Shown here: positions 10,040-15,181 of the stretch, piece after piece
Layout: each line of letters starts with the position of its first letter
Numbering within the stretch: the first letter of the stretch is position 1
NCBI GenBank assembly: GCA_964016885.1
Contig: CAXHJY010001332.1
Coordinates: 1-15,181, forward strand
Direction of reading: 5' to 3'
From: Eledone cirrhosa
Lineage: Eukaryota
Length of the DNA: 15,181 bases
Made by a program: the position numbers and the translations under genes
Notes under the pieces: model-generated
Database searches by the model: none
What the model saw: only the letters and a program-made list of their open reading frames with translations
Told to the model about the DNA's origin: nothing

Positions 10040-10889
10040 ATATATAGTTTACTGAGGCTGCTCCACTAGACCCTTACGTATATGTCCCAGGTTCCACATA
10101 CTAAAACACACTGGGAAACTACAAAATAACCGACTTCTGAATCAACCTCAACAAATCATTAATCTCTACTGATATATGGTATTGAGTACTCCTTCGTCAA
10201 AATCAATGCATGCATATAGACACAAACACATACACACACAAACACACACACACACACACACATACATATATATACATATATATATTTAAATATATATATG
10301 CGTATTTAAATGTGTATGTTTGTATATATGTGTAAGTATGTGTTTGTGTGTGTGTTTGTATCTGTTTGTGTATCTAATTATATATCTATATATTTATTTA
10401 CATGAAAGAAACTCAGTAAATATGAAGCATATTCTATAGTGTCGTGTAGATATATTTGTATGCTACACATACATTGTACAGTGTACACAAATTGCGTTAT
10501 TTTATTCATAATATGTTATATAGTTGAGTATATATTTCTTAGTTTTCTCGATGAAGAATGAAGAATCTGCAACCTTTAAGCCGTGACTGGCTTAAAAGAC
10601 ACTGTAAGGCCTTCTGAAAGAAGCACAATGCTCGGAGGCAACGCGTTTTTGCTCATTTAATTTCTAAACTTTCTTATGATATAGGGAAAAAAACCCACTT
10701 ACATTTTTATATTTACATATGTAATTTTATTTTGTAGTATAACAGATATTGAGTGAGATCTTTTTTTCTTTCTTCTGGTCTAGAATATGGCCCAAGTATA
10801 GTTAAATTGTTAAAGTTTTAATTGATGTATCTATATATTACTAAATGTCTGTGATTGTTTGCTTACTTGTCTGTAATGTAATACAGCCA

Positions 10890-11021
10890 AAAGAGCGCAT
10901 AATGGGAAAATACTTTGAAAGGAAGTTGATGGTGAAATAGGAAAACAAATGGAATAAATGAAGTTTGGAGTAAATCGAAGCACGTGTTCCCGAGATATGG
11001 GGATTTTCCGGGTACCTTCAT
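10890..11021. mobile_element. Possible Tc1/mariner-type terminal fragment
   Basis: Ends ...cgggtaccttca-TA. The reverse complement TATGAAGG resembles the TACGAGGG start of many mariners. No partner TIR found in the window. Confidence 0.3.
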
Positions 11022-11360
11022 AAATAGAGAGAGAGAGAAAGAGAGAGAGAGGGAGAGAGAAAAAGATAAAGAGATAGTGGTTGTGAGAGAGTAGATTGAA
11101 AGAGAGATATAGAGAGAGGGAGAGGAGACAGAAATAGGGAATGGAAGAAAGAGAGAGAGAGCTGGTGTTGTTGTTGTGTGTATATATATATGTATATACA
11201 TATATATGTGTGAGTGTGTGTGTGTCTATGACCAGTGTATATAGATCACAGACGCCCACATATATATATATATATATATATACATACAAACATTTATATA
11301 TATATAGACACATATATATATAATAATAATACTATTTATAGTTATGTATATACTATAAAC

Positions 11361-13627
11361 CAGGGGTCACCAAACTACGGCCCGCGGGCCGGATCAGGCC
11401 TGCGACGTCAGTTCATCAGGCCCGCTGACGGTACTTGCATTTGCGTGATAAAACGGATGGAACACGAGATGTTTCTAATTCAATGTCTTTTTCATTTTCA
11501 GATCCCGTTTTCTTCACCCTTCATTATAGCTACTAAGAAAAGAAAAGTGGACGCTGAGTGTCGCATTTTCAATGAAGAATGGGGAGTAAAGTACTTCTTT
11601 GTGGAAACAAAGGACCAGAAAGCTAGTTGCGTGGAATGCAGCGAAAGTGTTGCCGTTTTGAAAGAGTACAATCTTCGGCGTCACTATGAAGCAAAACATC
11701 TATCAACATATTCAAAGTTTTCTGGAAAGTTACGCTCTGAGAAATATGAGTCCATGAAACGTGGTTTAGAACTCAAAGAAATCTCTTCACAAGAATATTT
11801 GCTGAAAATGAATCTGTCACTAGTACAAGTTACAAAATAGTGCATAAGTTGGCAGAGCGAGGCAAACCGTTTACTGATGGCAACTTCATCAAAGAGTGTA
11901 TGATGGAAGCAGAAAATGACTTGTCCTGAGAAAGCCGATTTGTTTGGAAGTATCAGCCTTTCGGCAAGTTCAGTTGTGCGGAAAACAGAAGAACTTGGAG
12001 AGAACATAGTGCTACAGATACGCGAGAAAGCTAGGAACTTGTTGTGGTATTCTCTGGCGCTGGATGAGTCTACTGATTTCTCGAGTACGTCACAACTTCT
12101 CGTGTTCATTCGTGGTGTCAATTTGGACTTTCAGATAACGGAAGAGTTGGCATCCATTTGCTGCATGCATGGAACAACAACTGGAAAAGACATGTTCATG
12201 GAAGTGCAGAAAACTTTGAAAGACCTTCAGTGGAATCAGCTTCGAGGTGTTACAGTTGATGGAGGAAAAAACATGGCTGGAGTGAGCAAGGGTCTGGTCG
12301 GGCAGATTAGGACTCAGTTGGAAGATTTGCAAATTCCGGACGCTCTGTTCATACACCGCATCATACATCAGCAATCACTCTATGGGAAAGACTTGGATAT
12401 TTCTTGTGTACTGAAACCAGTCGTTTCTGCTGTGAACTTCATTCGGGGATATGCACTCAATCACCGTCAGTTCCAGGCTTTTCTTGAAGAAATTGATTCT
12501 GATTTCTGTGACTTGTCTTATCACACAGCAGTGAGGTGGCTCAGCTGCGGTAAAGTCCTGTTTCGTTTTTACAAGCTCCGAAACGAAATAGATGTTTTTC
12601 TCACTGAAAAAGATAGAGCTGATCCACAGCTGTCAGATCCTACCTGGCTGTCAAAGTTGTCATTTTTGGTCGACATCACATCCCACATGAATGAACTGAA
12701 CTTGAAACTTCCGGGAAAGGATAACGTCATCTGTGATCTCTACAGAATCATCAAAGGATTTCGGAGAAAGCTGTCATTGTTTGAAGCACAAGTGGAAGGA
12801 GAAAATTTCTCTCATTTTCACTGTTTCAAAGAGTTTTGCGCTACAATTGCTGAAGGTGTCAACCTCGATTTTCCTAAAAAGATTATTCGTGACTTGAAGA
12901 AGCATTTTTTGGAGAGATTTTCAGATCTCGACAGAATTGAGAGTGACATTCTTCTGTTCCAGAATCCGTTTGATTGTAACCTTGATGATGTGTCAGTTGA
13001 ACTACAGTTGGAGCTCATTGATTTGGAAGCAAATGACTTGTTGAAAGAGAAGCACAGAGAAGGAAAACTTGTTGAATTTTACCGCTTCTTACCTGATGTT
13101 GAGTTTCCGAAATTGCAGAAAATTACCGCAAGTATGGCATCATTGTTTGGAACAAGTTATGTCTGTGAGCAAACATTTTCAAAAATGAAGTATGTGAGGT
13201 CAACACATCGAACGAGATTGACTGATGAACATTTGAAAGCAATTCTCTTGATTGGATGCAGCAATTCCAAACCAAACATTGATGATATCTTGAAAGCCAA
13301 ACGTCAGTTTCAAAAATCTCACTAACCATTTTTGTTGCTTAGTTTGTAAGATTTGGATATGTGCACGCTAGGTTTGATGTAACTATATTTTTAATAACGT
13401 CGCCTTCTTTGATAACCTTTTAGTAAATAAATATGTTGTTTGTCTTTGTTTTTTGTGCATTGCACGCCACTTACCCATGATTAACATGGAATGCTAAACG
13501 TTGTGTTTCGTCTTTTTCCCCAGAGCTTTCTTTCTGGCTTGCAAGTATTGAACAGAATGATTATGCGGCCCGCGCTCGCCATTCTTTCAGTTATCCGGCC
13601 CACCTGAAAAAAGTTTGGTGACCCCTG
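11361..13627 (+). mobile_element. Full-length hAT DNA transposon, Buster/Charlie/SPIN group, 2267 bp
   Basis: Perfect 16-bp TIRs CAGGGGTCACCAAACT (11361-11376) and AGTTTGGTGACCCCTG (13612-13627). Perfect 8-bp TSD CTATAAAC (11353-11360 and 13628-13635) with central TA. Subterminal GGCCC motifs at both ends. Internal transposase. Confidence 0.98.
11526..13325 (+). pseudogene. hAT transposase (GTF2IRD2/SPIN-like), about 600 codons, disrupted
   Basis: N-terminal KKRKVD basic motif and BED-type finger (W..KYFF...CVEC...NLRRHYEAKH), ALDESTD, TVDGG, VRWLS, VCEQTFS and RTRLTD. The presumed start reads ATA at 11526. There are frameshifts near 11772 and 11924. The CxxH motif reads RIIH. Confidence 0.93.
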
Positions 13628-13707
13628 CTATAAACAACTATAAAAAGGAAAGGTCAGTAATTTCCTACTACCTTATTACCAGTAAGAGAAATAGCTCAAT
13701 GTAAGAA

Positions 13708-13821
13708 CTATTTATTTATTTATTTATTTATATATATATTTTATATATATATTTTATATATATATATTTTATATATATATTTTATATATTTATTTATTTA
13801 TTTATATATATATATATATAT
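13708..13821. repeat. AT-only low-complexity tract with (TATT)n and (TA)nTTT units
   Basis: Direct inspection. Confidence 0.9.
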
Positions 13822-13994
13822 AATTGTTTCTACTTTCGACACAAGGCCAGTAATTACCCAGTACATTACTGGTACTTTATTTTATCGACCTCGTAAGGAT
13901 GAAAGGCAAAGTTAACCTCGGCGGGATTTGAACTCAGATCGTAAAGGGACGTAACTATGCTGGAAAGCATGTCCGACCCTCTACCAATTCTGCC
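13822..13994 (-). mobile_element. SINE family A with internal deletion in the 3' part
   Basis: ttgtttctacttt...cacaaggccag...ccagtacattactggtactttattttatcgacc.cgtaaggatgaaagg.aaagttaacctcgg.g.gatttgaactcaga. Confidence 0.88.
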
Positions 13995-14036
13995 TATATA
14001 TAATAAATGTAATCTGAGTTTTTCGAATATTAATAC

Positions 14037-14213
14037 TTGTTTCTACTTTTGGCACAAGGCCAGCGATTATCCAGTACATTACTGGTACTTTATTTTATCG
14101 ACCCCGTAAGGATGAAAGGTAAAGTTAACCTCGGTGAGATTTGAACTCAGAATGGCAAAGGCTGTAACTCTATGCGTCAAAGCATGGCGGCCGACCCTCT
14201 ACCGATATGCCAA
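14037..14213 (-). mobile_element. SINE family A inserted in the left arm of the fold-back element
   Basis: Highly similar to 13822-13994. It interrupts sequence that is contiguous in the right arm. Confidence 0.88.
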
Positions 14214-14314
14214 CAACATTCGATTCGTTTGCAATTATGCAAACAAGTCTCAATTTTATAGCCATGTCAGTAGAATGAACCCTTCATTCTTGCTCTTGTG
14301 TTGGCATGCGAACA

Positions 14315-14364
14315 GAACTGCAGACACCAATGTTTCTGGGTATCACCCTTCATCAGTACAGCTC
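14315..14364 (-). ncRNA. Type I hammerhead ribozyme
   Basis: Minus strand gagctgta-CTGATGA-a gggt gat accc a-GAAA-ca ttgg tg-TC-tgcagttc. 8-bp stem I (two G-U), 4-bp stem II with A.A at its base, stem III ca/tg, GUC triplet at 14325-14323. Confidence 0.8.
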
Positions 14365-14707
14365 ACTGTCACCTGCCAAACTGTCAGAGCTAGTGAAAAT
14401 ATATGCTATTTTCAAAACTACACAGTGACTGATCGGCCTGATTTCCATATTATTAGACTGGCTGATCACTCAGATCTGCATATGAGCAGACTGGCCAGTC
14501 AGTTTCCTGTATACGAGCGATATTATGCAAACAAGCCACAAGAGCAAGAATGAAGTGTTCATTCTACTGACATGGCTATAAAATTGAGGCTAGTTTGCAT
14601 ATTTGCAAACGAATCGAATGTTATTATTAATATTCGAAAAACTCAGATTACATTTATTGTGTTCAGCCATGTAAAATAAAATTTTCTTTTATATGTATAT
14701 ATATATA

Positions 14708-14798
14708 CTAGCTGGCGCGTCCGGCTGGCGACCGGCTATGTATACCTGCCCCCACCACTGCAAAAATACTACACACCTTCCCGTGTCATATTGTCCTT

Positions 14799-14864
<66 letters not shown>

Positions 14865-14926
14865 ATGTGTATATATTGAAGGGAGATACGGAAACTAAAA
14901 CAGTGTTGTCATATAGAGAGTGAAGA
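14708..14926 (-). mobile_element. Probable non-autonomous Helitron containing a (CT)n tract
   Basis: The minus strand ends ...ccggtcgccagccgg-acgcgccag-CTAG followed by T, a GC-rich hairpin about 10 nt before a terminal CTAG. The far end reads tcttcactctctatatgacaac (TC start), but the exact 5' boundary and A|T target are not confirmed. Confidence 0.45.
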
Positions 14927-15181
14927 GCGACAGAGAGAGTAAAGCAGTTAAATTATAGAGAGGAGAATAATCTTACATACATACATACGTACATACATAT
15001 AAAATATAGATATGTGTGTTTGTGTATGTGTAAGTGTGTTTTTGTATGTGTGTATGTGCATGTGTGTGTCTGTGTGTTTTGTTTTGGTGTTATATTATGT
15101 GTGTGTATGTGTGTGTGTGTGTGTTACTTATGCGAGTGACGACAGAAAGTATGTGTATTTGTGTGTGTGCGTGTGTGTGTG

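Larger units (their letters stand above)
14002..14658. mobile_element. Fold-back element with about 120-bp inverted arms enclosing a structured spacer that contains a hammerhead ribozyme
   Basis: 14002-14035 is the exact reverse complement of 14625-14658 (34/34). 14215-14300 is the reverse complement of 14537-14622 (82/86). The left arm is split by a SINE. No TSD seen. Confidence 0.8.

Noticed and set aside
10611-10650. ctgaaaga-agca caa tgct-cggag, hammerhead-like
   Set aside because: The core has an extra base, GAAA is absent and stems I and III cannot be drawn.
13222-13240. CTGATGA...GAAA inside the transposase
   Set aside because: No stem II, and it is explained by the conserved coding motif LTDEHLK.
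11916-13325. Intact host gene GTF2IRD2-like, 469 aa
   Set aside because: It lies inside TIRs and a TSD and is the downstream part of a frameshifted transposase.
14134-14553. 139-aa ORF
   Set aside because: GTG start within a SINE, running across an inverted-repeat arm and an antisense ribozyme, with no protein motif.

Overview
AT-rich, microsatellite-dense eukaryotic non-genic DNA. The repeat repertoire resembles octopus/cephalopod genomes (inference from SINE and microsatellite style). I cannot support any host protein-coding exon, and nearly all ORFs in the track are translations of (TA)n/(CA)n repeats. The window is a mosaic of mobile DNA. It holds a full-length 2267-bp Buster-type hAT transposon (perfect 16-bp TIRs, 8-bp TSD, disrupted transposase), a Penelope-like element fragment with a GIY-YIG endonuclease pseudogene, a CR1-type LINE fragment, two internally deleted RTE-derived elements, about eight tRNA-derived SINE copies from two families and a probable small Helitron. 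The most notable signal is a set of at least four sequence-unrelated type I hammerhead ribozyme folds (1558-1632 +, 2118-2155 +, 7295-7345 +, 14315-14364 -). Two of them lie in fold-back structures: a 136-bp palindrome with a ribozyme copy on each strand, and a 657-bp element with about 120-bp inverted arms. All folds and alignments were made by eye.
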